Shown here in pieces: positions 9,167 to 19,159 of a DNA stretch of 64,000 nucleotides. Source of the DNA: Escherichia coli (GTDB lineage Bacteria; Pseudomonadota; Gammaproteobacteria; Enterobacterales; Enterobacteriaceae); assembly GCF_048403405.1 (NCBI RefSeq), contig NZ_CP183129.1; one strand, given 5' to 3'. The position numbers and the translations under genes are program-made. Below the pieces are notes generated by a model. The model saw only the letters and a program-made list of their open reading frames with translations, ran no database searches and was not told the DNA's origin. The first letter of the stretch is position 1. Each line of letters begins with the position of its first letter.

Positions 9167-10059
9167 GCATAAAACGTCATCTGACGGCCTGTGCTCTGGG
9201 GATTTCGGCGGTGTTTTCTGTGGCCGCTCTGCCGCTGCCGGTGCAGGCGGTAGAGCTGGTCCGCTGGGAGCGTATTCCGTTACCGGTTTCTCTGCATGTG
9301 GGGGAAGAGCGCATTGTGTTTGTGGAAAAAAATGTGCGTGTCGGTTTTCCACCGTCTCTGAATGAGAAACTGCGGATCCAGAGTACCGGAGGGGCGGTGT
9401 ACCTGCGGGCGGAAAGCGCCTTCCCGCAGACCCGCCTTCAGTTACAGGATGTGGAAAGCGGGGAAATCCTGTTGCTGGATGTGACGGCCACTGCCGGTAA
9501 AGGGAAGCTGGAGCCGGTGCGGGTGGTGTACAGCGGTGAAGTCAGTACGCAGCGTGACAGTCAGAGCGTCAGACGCAGCGGGCAGGCTGCGGGGGCAGCA
9601 GCCGATGCCGTACCGGAAAGCGTGGACCGCAAAGCGAAAACCCGTTATCCGGCGCCGTTACCGGTCTTACTGACCCGTTATGCCGCCCAGAGTCTGTATG
9701 CACCGTTAAGAACAGTGGAGCCGGTGTCTGGCGTACAACCTTTGCCACTGACCTTACCAAAAACACTGACAGCACTCTACCCGTCTGAACCACTGATCGC
9801 GCGGCCGCTGGCCGGCTGGCAGGCGGCGGAGTACCGGGTGGTGGCGGTGAAACTGACCAATCAGTCCGCTCAGAAAGTCGTGCTGGATCCCCGTCAGTTG
9901 CAGGGGCAGTTTGTCAGCGCCACGTTCCAGCATCAGTGGCTGGACGCGAAGGGCACACCGGAGGATACCACCACAGTGTATCTGGTGATGAAAGGCAAAC
10001 CGGATAAGGCGTTTCCTGCGGAGCCGCCTGTCCGGAGGACGGGAGGGAAAGCCCGATGA
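9163..10059 (+). CDS. ICE periplasmic protein (PFL_4705-like)
   Basis: 298 aa with signal peptide, coupled to neighbours. Confidence 0.5.
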   Translation: MSIKRHLTACALGISAVFSVAALPLPVQAVELVRWERIPLPVSLHVGEERIVFVEKNVRVGFPPSLNEKLRIQSTGGAVYLRAESAFPQTRLQLQDVESGEILLLDVTATAGKGKLEPVRVVYSGEVSTQRDSQSVRRSGQAAGAAADAVPESVDRKAKTRYPAPLPVLLTRYAAQSLYAPLRTVEPVSGVQPLPLTLPKTLTALYPSEPLIARPLAGWQAAEYRVVAVKLTNQSAQKVVLDPRQLQGQFVSATFQHQWLDAKGTPEDTTTVYLVMKGKPDKAFPAEPPVRRTGGKAR

Positions 10060-11552
10060 AAGTGAAATCCAATACGCTGGTCAAAATTCTGGTGCCGTCC
10101 GCACTGGCGTTGGCGGTGCTGATTGGTATCAAAAGCTGCCAGCCCGACACGCCGGTCACCGGCAGCGGACAGGACAACCTGTCTCAGTCAATCAATGACC
10201 TTGACCCAGGGGAGCTGAAGTCACTCGGGATTGAGGGGGATACCCCGGCCGATACACTGAGGACGCTGATTGGCACTATGAAAACGGTACGTGACCGTCA
10301 GGCGGAATTGATCGCCCAGAATGAGAAATTGCTGGAAGAGAATGCGCAGCTGCGTAACCGGCAGCAGAATGTGTCGGGGCAGATCCAGTCTGCGGTGGCT
10401 TCCGTCCGTCAGGAAGCGGAGAGTCAGCAGCGTGCCCTGCAACAGGAGCAGCAGACACTGATGCGGCGTCTGGATAGCCTGGGGGAAACGCTGACAGCAT
10501 CAGGTGGTCAGCCGGCTCAGGGCAGCGGACAAGGCGATATTCCGCTGGGACTGGGGCTGGATACCGGGGGCAGCGGACTGACGGTGAAAGACGGGTTGCT
10601 GTGGGCTGAGCCGCAGGATGCACAACCGGCTGAACCGGGGCGGATGGTGAACGGACAACCGGCTAAACCGGCGTTTCCGACCTCTTTTCTGGAGGATAAC
10701 GCCATTACCCGTCAGAAAGCGGAACTGGACCGGGTGGCCAAAAATCAGCGCACGCTCTCCGGTACAGTGGACGGTGAGGCCCATACCGAACCGGCGTACA
10801 CGATACCGGAGAATGCCACCCTGGTGGGCAGCCAGGCGATGACGGCGTTGCTGGGGCGGGTGCCCATTGACGGTAAAGTGACCGATCCGTATCCGTTCAA
10901 GGTGGTGGTGGGAAAAGACAACCTCACGGCGAACGGCATTGAGTTACCGGATGTGGAAGGGGCGGTGATCAGCGGCTCGGCCACCGGTGACTGGACATTG
11001 TCCTGTGTGCGCGGGGATATCACCTCGATCACCTTTGTTTTTACGGACGGCACGATCCGCACGGTGCCGAAGCCGGCTGACCGGACGGACGGCGGCAGTC
11101 AGGCCAACAGCGGACAGAATGCCCGTAATAACGGCGGGTCGCTCGGCTGGATTTCAGATGAGAGCGGGATCCCGTGTATCAGCGGTGAACGTAAAACCAA
11201 TGCCGGCACCTATCTGCCGACCCTGTTTGCCCTGACGGCAGCGGCCTCGGCCGGGGATGCGATGTCGCAGAGTCAGTATACCGCGCAGAACAACGGGTAC
11301 GGTATCACCTCCTCGCTCTCTGGGGATGCGGGGAAAGCGGCGCTGGGCAGTGCCATCGGCGGCGGGTTTAAGGATGTGGCGGACTGGGTGAAATCCCGCT
11401 ACGGGCAGACCTTTGATGCGGTGTATGTGCCGCCGGGGCAGAAAGTCGCGGTGCATATCAGCCGTCAGATCCCGGTGGATTATGAATCGCAGGGACGCCG
11501 GGTGAATTACGGTTTTTCACTGACAGAGGGTGAGGAAGGAGGTCTGGAGTGA
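10056..11552 (+). CDS. ICE pore protein with coiled coil (PFL_4709-like; VirB10-like role possible)
   Basis: 498 aa, N-terminal TM, Q-rich coiled coil, Gly-rich C-terminal domain. Confidence 0.5.
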   Translation: MKVKSNTLVKILVPSALALAVLIGIKSCQPDTPVTGSGQDNLSQSINDLDPGELKSLGIEGDTPADTLRTLIGTMKTVRDRQAELIAQNEKLLEENAQLRNRQQNVSGQIQSAVASVRQEAESQQRALQQEQQTLMRRLDSLGETLTASGGQPAQGSGQGDIPLGLGLDTGGSGLTVKDGLLWAEPQDAQPAEPGRMVNGQPAKPAFPTSFLEDNAITRQKAELDRVAKNQRTLSGTVDGEAHTEPAYTIPENATLVGSQAMTALLGRVPIDGKVTDPYPFKVVVGKDNLTANGIELPDVEGAVISGSATGDWTLSCVRGDITSITFVFTDGTIRTVPKPADRTDGGSQANSGQNARNNGGSLGWISDESGIPCISGERKTNAGTYLPTLFALTAAASAGDAMSQSQYTAQNNGYGITSSLSGDAGKAALGSAIGGGFKDVADWVKSRYGQTFDAVYVPPGQKVAVHISRQIPVDYESQGRRVNYGFSLTEGEEGGLE

Positions 11553-12034
11553 CGTATTTTGCGAAGCCGGGGGTGCTGGCTGTGACGCCGGTGACGTTTC
11601 CGCTGGTGTTTGTGTTCAGTGCCGGACAGGCCGGTTGTACTGGAAGTCATTTTTGCCTGACGGTGGCCGGTCATCAGGTGTTTGATGAGGAGCAACAGCA
11701 GCTGATTGCCGGCATGTCACCGGCGACGATACAGCTGGCGTGGCAGAGTACCGCCGGTGAGACGCCCGGGGCGGTTCTGTCTGTGGGCCGTCACCGGGTG
11801 GGGCTGAGTGACAACGACATTACCGTTTACCGGTTTGCCCCGCGGGATGAGGCGTGGCCGCAGGACAGTGACTGGGATCGCCTGCTGTACACCGTTTTTA
11901 AAGGGGAGGCGCCGGATAAAGCCGGCTGGCAATGTGTGCCTTTTTCACTATCTGAACTGAGCTGTCACGGTGAGTTTGCCCGGCTGACCTGCCGGGGGGC
12001 GATCCTGAAGGGCGCGGGAGGCGTCATATCATGA
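11549..12034 (+). CDS. hypothetical ICE protein
   Basis: 161-aa ORF with GTG start preceded by ggagg, coupled in operon. Confidence 0.4.
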   Translation: MTYFAKPGVLAVTPVTFPLVFVFSAGQAGCTGSHFCLTVAGHQVFDEEQQQLIAGMSPATIQLAWQSTAGETPGAVLSVGRHRVGLSDNDITVYRFAPRDEAWPQDSDWDRLLYTVFKGEAPDKAGWQCVPFSLSELSCHGEFARLTCRGAILKGAGGVIS

Positions 12035-12468
12035 GAATGATGAAATGTGTGATGAAAAGCAGAGTGCTGTGCGCACTGGTGTTGTTGCTGGCCGGCTGTG
12101 CCACCTCCAAAGAGGAGCTGCTGCCGGCGGGAAACAGCGACATGATGGCCATCTGGTCCGGCAGACAGGCTGATCCGAACGGTGCGGCGGACAGCCGGAC
12201 GGTGACGGAGACCGCCCGCAGCGCCCTGCGACGCGCCCTGACGAATGATGAAGCCGCGCGCCTTCAGCAGGCGGACACCGCGTATACCCGGACACAAAGC
12301 AGTGAGATCCATCAGCAGTTTCCGCGTCTGCCGAACCCGGACATGGTGATGTATGTGTTCCCGCATCTCTCGGCCGGCAATCTGCCGGTGCCGGGATACA
12401 GTACGGTGTTTCCGTTTTACCATCAAGTGCAGTATGCCCTGCCGGGTGAGCGTGTGGAGGGCTTGTGA
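12031..12468 (+). CDS. ICE lipoprotein
   Basis: Lipobox LLAGC after signal peptide. Confidence 0.6.
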   Translation: MRMMKCVMKSRVLCALVLLLAGCATSKEELLPAGNSDMMAIWSGRQADPNGAADSRTVTETARSALRRALTNDEAARLQQADTAYTRTQSSEIHQQFPRLPNPDMVMYVFPHLSAGNLPVPGYSTVFPFYHQVQYALPGERVEGL

Positions 12469-15335
12469 TGGGATTTTCATTATTCCGCTCACGCCGGAAA
12501 GCGCAGGCGGTTTCTGCTGAAAAAACGGATGAAAACAAGGCTGACAAAACCGTACACCGCAGTACACCGGCAGAGAATGCCGGTTTAGGCCGTCAGCCGC
12601 TTTCCCGGCCGGGAAAAATGACCCGGGCGGATGAGCAGAAGATTTACCATGCGAATCCGTCCTTTATTGATTACCTGCCCTGGGTGGAATTTCTGGATGA
12701 GGAGCAATGCCTGCTGCTTGATGACGGGGTGTCGGTCGGGGCGGTGTATGCCGTTGAGCCGGCGCCGACGGAAGGGCGCTCTGCCGGCCGTCTGCTCGAA
12801 ATCCGGGATGCGGTGGAGGATGCGCTTCAGGACAGTCTGGATGAGCATGATGATAACCCGTGGGTGGTGCAGTTTTTTTGTCAGGATGAGGACGACGTGA
12901 GCGTCACACTGGCCACATTGCGGGACTATATCCTGCCGGCGGCCCGGGGCACCGCGTTTACCGAAGCCTGGCTGACCGAAATGGCGCGTCATTTACGGGG
13001 GATTGCCCGTCCGGAAGGGCTGTTTAAGGACACGGAGGTGACCGGACAACCCTGGCGCGGACAGCAGCGCCGGACCCGGATGGTGGTTTACCGCCGGCTG
13101 GGGAACAGCTATACCGATCCGATGCCGCCGGTGGCGATGCTCAATCAGATGTGTGACCGGCTGGTCAGCAGTCTGGGCAGTGCCGGCGTGCAGTGTGTCC
13201 GCCAGGACGGGAGGCAGGTGCATCAGTGGCTGCTGCGTCATTTCAATCCGGCCCCTGACTGGGTGGACCGGGAGACGCTGTACCGGGAAGGGGCGTACTG
13301 GCCGGCGGCGGAGGAAGCCCCGGGCACCCTGCCGGTGCTGAAGGATTTTGCGGAAACGCTGTGGTTTACCCCGCCCCGGTCGGATGTGGAAAACGGCGTG
13401 TGGTGGTTTGATAACCTGGCGCACGGTGTGGTGAATATCGAAAAACTGCGTAAAGCCCCGGGGCCGGGGCACCTGACCGGGGAGCAGAAGCGCGGTGACA
13501 AAAATATCAATGCGCTGATGGACCTGTTTCCGGAAGGGACGATGCTGTCGATGACCATCGTCACACAGCCTCAGGATACGCTGGAGCAGGAATTTACCCG
13601 GCTGGGGAAAAACTCGGTGGGGGAAAACACCGACTCGCAACGTACCCGCCGGGACGTGGAAACCGCCAGAGGTTTACTGGGGCACCGCCATAAGCTTTAC
13701 CGGGCCTCCCTGTCATTGCTGCTGCGTGCCGGCTCGGTGGAGGAACTGAACAAAAAGCGCGTGGATCTGACGGCCACGCTGCTGAATGCCGGTCTGGAGC
13801 CGGTGAAGCCGGAATATGATGTGGCGCCGCTGAACGGGTATCTGCGTGCCCTGCCGATGTGTTTTGACCCGCAGACGGATAAAAAACACTGGTATACCCG
13901 GCTGACCTGGGTACAGCACCTGGCCGGATTACTGCCGGTGACCGGGCGCACCAGCGGCACCGGGCATCCCGGCTGGAGTTTCTTTAACCGGGGCGGCGGG
14001 GTGCTGACCTTTGATCCGCAGAATAAACAGGATCGTACCCAGAATGCGCATCTGCTGTTATTCGGTCCCACCGGGGCCGGTAAATCCGCCACCTTATGCG
14101 CACAGTTATCGCAGCTGATGGCGGTCCGCCGTCCGCGTCTGTTTATTGCGGAGGCCGGTAACTCCTTTGGTTTACTGGCGGACTATTACGCCAGTCTGGG
14201 GCTGAGTGTCAATAAGGTCAGTGTCAAGCCCGGCAGCGGGGTGCGTCTGCCGCTGTTTGCGGATGCGCATCAGCTGCTGATGATGGATGAACAGCGTCTG
14301 GCACTGAATGCGGATGAACTGCCAGAGACGGACAGTGAATCTGAGGATGATGACGGGCAGCGTGACATTCTGGGGGAAATGGAAATCTCCGCCCGCATGA
14401 TGATCACCGGCGGGGATGTGCGGGAAGAAGCGGAGCTGAAGCGGGCTGACCGGGCGATGATCCGCCGGGCGCTGATGGCGGGGGCCCGGGCGTCTTATGC
14501 CGCCGACCGGCAGATGCTGCCGGCGGATTTGCAGGAGGCGCTGTATGCCCTCTCCCGGGGGGAAGGTGAAGAGGAAGGGCGGGCATTAAATCCGCAGCGC
14601 CGGGCGAAAGCGGCCGAAATGGCGGAATCCCTGGGGATGTTTACCGAACCGGGCAGTTTTGAGCATGAGCTGTTTAATCTGCCGGGGGAGCTGTGGCCGG
14701 AGGCGGATGTGACCCTGATTGATTTGGGGCACCTGGCGCGGGAAGGGTATGAGGCCCAGATGGCGCTGACGATGGTGAGTCTTATCAACTCCATCAACAA
14801 TATTGCCGAGCGGGATCAGTACCGGGCCCGGGACATTAATTTTGTGGTGGATGAGGCGCATATCGTGACGGTCAACCCGCTGTTATCCCCCTATGTGACC
14901 AAAGTGGTGAAAATGTGGCGGAAACTGGGGGCCTGGCTGTGGCTGGCGACCCAGAACCTCGATGACTATCCGGACTGTGCCGAGAAAATGCTCAATATGG
15001 CGGAGTGGTGGGTGTGTCTGACGATGCCGCAGAAAGAGGTGGAGGCAATCGCCCGCTTTAAGACGCTCAGTGAGGAGCAGAAACAGGTGCTGCTGTCCGC
15101 AGCCAAACTCTCCGGCTGTTACACGGAAGGGGTGGTGCTGGCGCGGAAAGTGGAGGCGCTGTTCCGGGTGGTACAGCCGAGCTTATATCTGGCGCTGGGG
15201 ATGACGGAAAAAGAGGAGAAGCAGCAACGGCGGGTGCTGATGGAGCAATACGGATGCAGTGAGCTGGAAGCGGCGTTCAGGGTGGCAGATGAACTTGACC
15301 GGAAACGGGGGTTACCGCCCCGGGTGCCGGGATGA
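12465..15335 (+). CDS. traC: conjugative transfer ATPase TraC/VirB4-like
   Basis: 956 aa, Walker A GPTGAGKS, Walker B-like DEAH region, size and position typical. Confidence 0.85.
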   Translation: MMGFSLFRSRRKAQAVSAEKTDENKADKTVHRSTPAENAGLGRQPLSRPGKMTRADEQKIYHANPSFIDYLPWVEFLDEEQCLLLDDGVSVGAVYAVEPAPTEGRSAGRLLEIRDAVEDALQDSLDEHDDNPWVVQFFCQDEDDVSVTLATLRDYILPAARGTAFTEAWLTEMARHLRGIARPEGLFKDTEVTGQPWRGQQRRTRMVVYRRLGNSYTDPMPPVAMLNQMCDRLVSSLGSAGVQCVRQDGRQVHQWLLRHFNPAPDWVDRETLYREGAYWPAAEEAPGTLPVLKDFAETLWFTPPRSDVENGVWWFDNLAHGVVNIEKLRKAPGPGHLTGEQKRGDKNINALMDLFPEGTMLSMTIVTQPQDTLEQEFTRLGKNSVGENTDSQRTRRDVETARGLLGHRHKLYRASLSLLLRAGSVEELNKKRVDLTATLLNAGLEPVKPEYDVAPLNGYLRALPMCFDPQTDKKHWYTRLTWVQHLAGLLPVTGRTSGTGHPGWSFFNRGGGVLTFDPQNKQDRTQNAHLLLFGPTGAGKSATLCAQLSQLMAVRRPRLFIAEAGNSFGLLADYYASLGLSVNKVSVKPGSGVRLPLFADAHQLLMMDEQRLALNADELPETDSESEDDDGQRDILGEMEISARMMITGGDVREEAELKRADRAMIRRALMAGARASYAADRQMLPADLQEALYALSRGEGEEEGRALNPQRRAKAAEMAESLGMFTEPGSFEHELFNLPGELWPEADVTLIDLGHLAREGYEAQMALTMVSLINSINNIAERDQYRARDINFVVDEAHIVTVNPLLSPYVTKVVKMWRKLGAWLWLATQNLDDYPDCAEKMLNMAEWWVCLTMPQKEVEAIARFKTLSEEQKQVLLSAAKLSGCYTEGVVLARKVEALFRVVQPSLYLALGMTEKEEKQQRRVLMEQYGCSELEAAFRVADELDRKRGLPPRVPG

Positions 15336-15429
15336 TGAAACGGGTGGAGCAGGGAGTGGGTAAACCGTGTTGCAGCACGGCTTACCCGGCCGCTTCATTG
15401 GGTATGTTAAAAAGAGGAAACATGACGTC

Positions 15430-17655
15430 ATGAAAACGACGGGAGTTAAAGTAACGCTTTTGTCGCTGGTTGTCAGTTATTCCTGCGCTTTACAGGCCAA
15501 AAACGTGTCACTGGGGGACACGGCCGTGGCCACGGGGCAGCACAGTACGGCTGTCGGTGAGGGCAGTATGGCGCTGGGGAACAATATGACGGCGGAACAG
15601 GCGCAGGCGGCGATGAAAGCCCAGAATGCCCTGTTGCAGAACAGGGCGCAGGCGCATGAGCAGTACATGCAGACGCAGGCCCTGTTTGACAGTAAATCGC
15701 TGGCGAACAGCAATATTCTGGAGCGTCAGGAAGCGATGAAACCGTTGTTGCAGCAACAGGAGACCCTGGCGGGTCAGCGTACCGCGCAACAGCAGCAGGT
15801 GACACAGGCACAGCAGGTCGCTGACCGGATGGCACAGATTTATGAACGCAATCTGGGGGCGGTTTCACAGATTGTGGATGAGAATTTTGTGGCGTTGTGG
15901 CAGCAGGGGCAGGCTGACCGTCTGGCTCAGGAAGTGAAAAAACGGGTTGAGCAGGATACGTCGGTCAGTAATGACACGCAGTTTTATGTCAGTTATGTTA
16001 ATGCCTATATTGAAGCGAAAACCAGAAGTGCTCTGGTTAATGAAACCATCAAAGAGAAAACCGGTTCTCAGATTACGACCAACTATCAGGGTGTGGCCCT
16101 GTCCCCGGTACTGAGTGCCGGCCACAGTGATAAAGCGATGCTGTGGTCGGATGCGGTCACGGACAGCGAGCAGAAGAAACAATTATCCCGTTTACACCTG
16201 AATACCGCGGCCCTGAAGGGCGTTGCCGGTTATCAGGAAGAGCTGGCCAAAATCGCCCTGATCACCTCTGCGGACGGGAAAAAGAATCTGTATCAGGCTT
16301 ATCAGAAAAATGCCCGGCAGCAAATTGAGCAGGGGCTCACCGGGGTGACAGAGGCCGGGAAGCAGATCCTGTCAGAGCTGTATCTGGATAACATCGATGA
16401 AGGCACCTTTAATCAGATGGTCAGCGGTATTTTCACCCGCTATGAGAATCAGCTGAACTACCTGATCCAGCTGGATAAGGTCAACAGTTTATCGCCGGAC
16501 AGCCCGGATTATGCCAAAGAGTTACAGCAACTGCTGGTACTGGAAAGCCGTCCCCGGGATAACACCGTCGGGCTGAATACCAACCCGGAGGCGCTGAAAC
16601 AAAAAGTGGATCAGTACCTTCAGGACAATGCGCTCAGTCACACACAGGCCATGTCGTCACAGGCCACACAGCTGAAACAGCAGTTATCGGCGGAAAAAGC
16701 CGTCACCGATCAGGCACTGAAGCAGGCAGAAACGCAACTCTCCCGGCTGGAAAAGGATCTCTCCGCGCTGGATACAAAGTTGTCTGATTTGCGTCCGACG
16801 CAATCCGAGCTGGAAAACATCCGGGATCTGGAGAAGGTGAAAGCCGAACTGGCGCAGAAACAGGCGGAATATCAGGCGGCGGATAAAGCCCTGAATGAGG
16901 CGCAGAGTACGCTGAGTCAGGGTAAACAGGCTGTTGCGGTCGGGGATAAGAGTCTGGCGCTGGGCGAAAAATCCGTGGCACTGAGTGTGGATGCCCGGGC
17001 GCTGGCGAAAAACAGTGTGGCACTGGGGGACGGCAGCCTGGCTGACCGGGATAACAGCGTGTCCGTCGGCCGTGAAGGTCAGGAACGTTTTCTGACGCAT
17101 GTGGCGGCCGGCATTGCAAAAACGGATGCGGTCAACAAAGGGCAACTGGATGAGGAGCGGGATGCGCGTATTGCCGGCGATAAGCAGACGCTGAAACAGG
17201 CCATGGACTACACCGATGTGAGCATTCAGTACAGTGAGGCGAAGATAAACAAGCGGATTACGGAAGAGCAGCAGGCCCGTATTGAGGGGGAGGAACAGAC
17301 CCTGGCGGCCGCAAACCGCTATACCGATGAGACGTTCGGGCAGGTGACCCACACGGTGCTGGACAATGCCCGGCAGTATACCGACCAGCGTTTCAGTCAG
17401 CTGGACAATAAAATCAGTCAGGTGGAGAAACGGGCCAATGCGGGGATTGCCGGGGTGACCGCAATATCTTCCATTCCGTATGTGAACAGTGAGCGTTTTT
17501 CGTTCGGGATGGCGATGGGGCATTACCGTGATGCACAGGCGATAGCCACCGGGGTGCAGTATAAGCCGACGGCCAATACCAATGTGCGCCTGAATGCGTC
17601 ATGGAATAACGGCGGCGATACCAGTATCGGCGCCGGGTTTGCGGTGGGCTGGTAA
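15430..17655 (+). CDS. trimeric autotransporter adhesin-like protein (YadA-type C-terminal anchor)
   Basis: Signal peptide; head-like repeats (SLALGEKSVALS...SVALGDGSLA), neck-like RFLTHVAAG motif, long Q/A-rich coiled-coil stalk, C-terminal beta-barrel anchor ending FSFGMAMGHY...GAGFAVGW. Confidence 0.65.
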   Translation: MKTTGVKVTLLSLVVSYSCALQAKNVSLGDTAVATGQHSTAVGEGSMALGNNMTAEQAQAAMKAQNALLQNRAQAHEQYMQTQALFDSKSLANSNILERQEAMKPLLQQQETLAGQRTAQQQQVTQAQQVADRMAQIYERNLGAVSQIVDENFVALWQQGQADRLAQEVKKRVEQDTSVSNDTQFYVSYVNAYIEAKTRSALVNETIKEKTGSQITTNYQGVALSPVLSAGHSDKAMLWSDAVTDSEQKKQLSRLHLNTAALKGVAGYQEELAKIALITSADGKKNLYQAYQKNARQQIEQGLTGVTEAGKQILSELYLDNIDEGTFNQMVSGIFTRYENQLNYLIQLDKVNSLSPDSPDYAKELQQLLVLESRPRDNTVGLNTNPEALKQKVDQYLQDNALSHTQAMSSQATQLKQQLSAEKAVTDQALKQAETQLSRLEKDLSALDTKLSDLRPTQSELENIRDLEKVKAELAQKQAEYQAADKALNEAQSTLSQGKQAVAVGDKSLALGEKSVALSVDARALAKNSVALGDGSLADRDNSVSVGREGQERFLTHVAAGIAKTDAVNKGQLDEERDARIAGDKQTLKQAMDYTDVSIQYSEAKINKRITEEQQARIEGEEQTLAAANRYTDETFGQVTHTVLDNARQYTDQRFSQLDNKISQVEKRANAGIAGVTAISSIPYVNSERFSFGMAMGHYRDAQAIATGVQYKPTANTNVRLNASWNNGGDTSIGAGFAVGW

Positions 17656-17733
17656 CCGGTGAAAACCCGCCGGTCACCGGCGGGTTTTGATGCGCTTTTC
17701 TTCTCTCACCGTTCGTTTGTGAGGACTGACCGA

Positions 17734-18174
17734 ATGAAAAAACGATTTTTATCTCTTTCCGGATTGCTGATGCTGTCGCTGTCATGCCTGCCGTTGACCG
17801 CCGGGGCGGCAGTGGTGCTGTATACCACGCAGGATGACGCTCTGCCGCAGACGGACATCCCGTTTGAGGTGGTGTATCTGGATGCGCCTGAACGCCTGCT
17901 GGATGAGGCCCTGCTTCAGCCGGGGACGGAACTGAGTGAAGCGGATGCCCTGCACATCACCGCCCTGTTACAAAGTCCGGCCTGGCAGGCCAGAGAAACG
18001 GCATTACGGCAGGCTTATCAGGGCGTGGTTCAGGCCTGGCAGCTGGGGGTGTCATCTCTGCCGGCGGTCGTCGTTGATGCGCAGTGGGTGGTTTACGGCA
18101 CCACCGATATTGCACAGGCGGTGACGCAGATACAGCAGTACCGGGAACAACAGGAAGGAGGAGGTCAACCATGA
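17734..18174 (+). CDS. ICE periplasmic protein (PFL_4711-like)
   Basis: Signal peptide, about 146 aa, in operon. Confidence 0.45.
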   Translation: MKKRFLSLSGLLMLSLSCLPLTAGAAVVLYTTQDDALPQTDIPFEVVYLDAPERLLDEALLQPGTELSEADALHITALLQSPAWQARETALRQAYQGVVQAWQLGVSSLPAVVVDAQWVVYGTTDIAQAVTQIQQYREQQEGGGQP

Positions 18175-19145
18175 CCCGACAATCACATCGCCGGCGTCTG
18201 GCGGGGGCTTTGTTACTCGGTTGTTCACTGGTGCCGGTGGCGGAAGCCAGTCTGAGTACCGCCACTCTGGTCGCTTCTGCGGCCTCACCGTCGTGTATCA
18301 GCTGGCGTATCAGCGGGATTTGCTACTGGCTGAAGTGTGGCTGGGGCGGCTGCCGTATCCGGACATCTGTCCGGGTGTCACATTTTATTCCGCAGGCGGT
18401 GGTCTCGGCCTACCATGCCCCGGGTGAAAACCCGTGGCGGGAAATGTCACTGGTCAGCGGGGCGGCCGGCGGGATTGAAAATGCCGTGACCGGCGTGCTG
18501 AGCGGGGTATCTGCCGGGGGCGGAAACAGTGAACAGAAGTTTGAGGCAAAACGTAAAACCGCCCTGCACTTTTTTTATGCGGATGCTATCGGTCATCCGG
18601 CAACCACCCTTATCGGCGGCAGTATTCCGGGGTATTCCTGTGACAGCGCAGCCACACCGCTGTTTCCTTATTACCTGAGCACGCTCGACAGTGTGCCGTG
18701 GCGGCTCGGTGTGCCGGAAATGGCGTATCCGGAAGCGATAATTCCCGGGAAACGGGAAATCGGGGGGCAGAGCCGGGGCAACATGTGGGGAAATCTCTAT
18801 CCGCGCAGCGGTTTTGTCAACCAGCAGGACGGGGATAAAGCGGCGGCTGTGGTGGCGCAGCGCGTGGCAGATATTATGACCCGCACCGGGCAGGCGCATA
18901 CCTATGTGCCCCTGAAAGGCAACCGCCGGGATGGCTATTGGCCGCCGGACGCGGTGACGGAGAATACCGGGACAAAAAACCATAAATGGCAGCGCCTGTC
19001 GCCGGGGCTGAAAAACAGCTGTGCGGTGTTTCCGGATGAGGGCGGAGCACAGGCACAGGACGGTAATTATGCCTGGGCATTGTGGCAGCCGTACAGCTGC
19101 TGCAAGCGCATGGGGCAAAAATTTCTGTACAGCACAACGTTTTAA
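18171..19145 (+). CDS. TraU-like ICE protein
   Basis: Cys-rich segment CISWRISGICYWLKCGWGGC typical of TraU-like proteins; RBS ggaggagg. Confidence 0.55.
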   Translation: MTRQSHRRRLAGALLLGCSLVPVAEASLSTATLVASAASPSCISWRISGICYWLKCGWGGCRIRTSVRVSHFIPQAVVSAYHAPGENPWREMSLVSGAAGGIENAVTGVLSGVSAGGGNSEQKFEAKRKTALHFFYADAIGHPATTLIGGSIPGYSCDSAATPLFPYYLSTLDSVPWRLGVPEMAYPEAIIPGKREIGGQSRGNMWGNLYPRSGFVNQQDGDKAAAVVAQRVADIMTRTGQAHTYVPLKGNRRDGYWPPDAVTENTGTKNHKWQRLSPGLKNSCAVFPDEGGAQAQDGNYAWALWQPYSCCKRMGQKFLYSTTF

Positions 19146-19159
19146 GCAGGGATTTTAAG

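Noticed and set aside
12585-13640. Two long minus-strand ORFs (135 and 215 aa) inside the traC region
   Set aside because: Entirely antisense to the well-supported VirB4/TraC-like gene; long spurious ORFs are expected on the opposite strand of GC-rich coding sequence.
16684-17523. 279-aa minus-strand ORF
   Set aside because: Antisense to the trimeric autotransporter gene; the translation is low-complexity and Arg/Leu-rich, typical of a shadow ORF.
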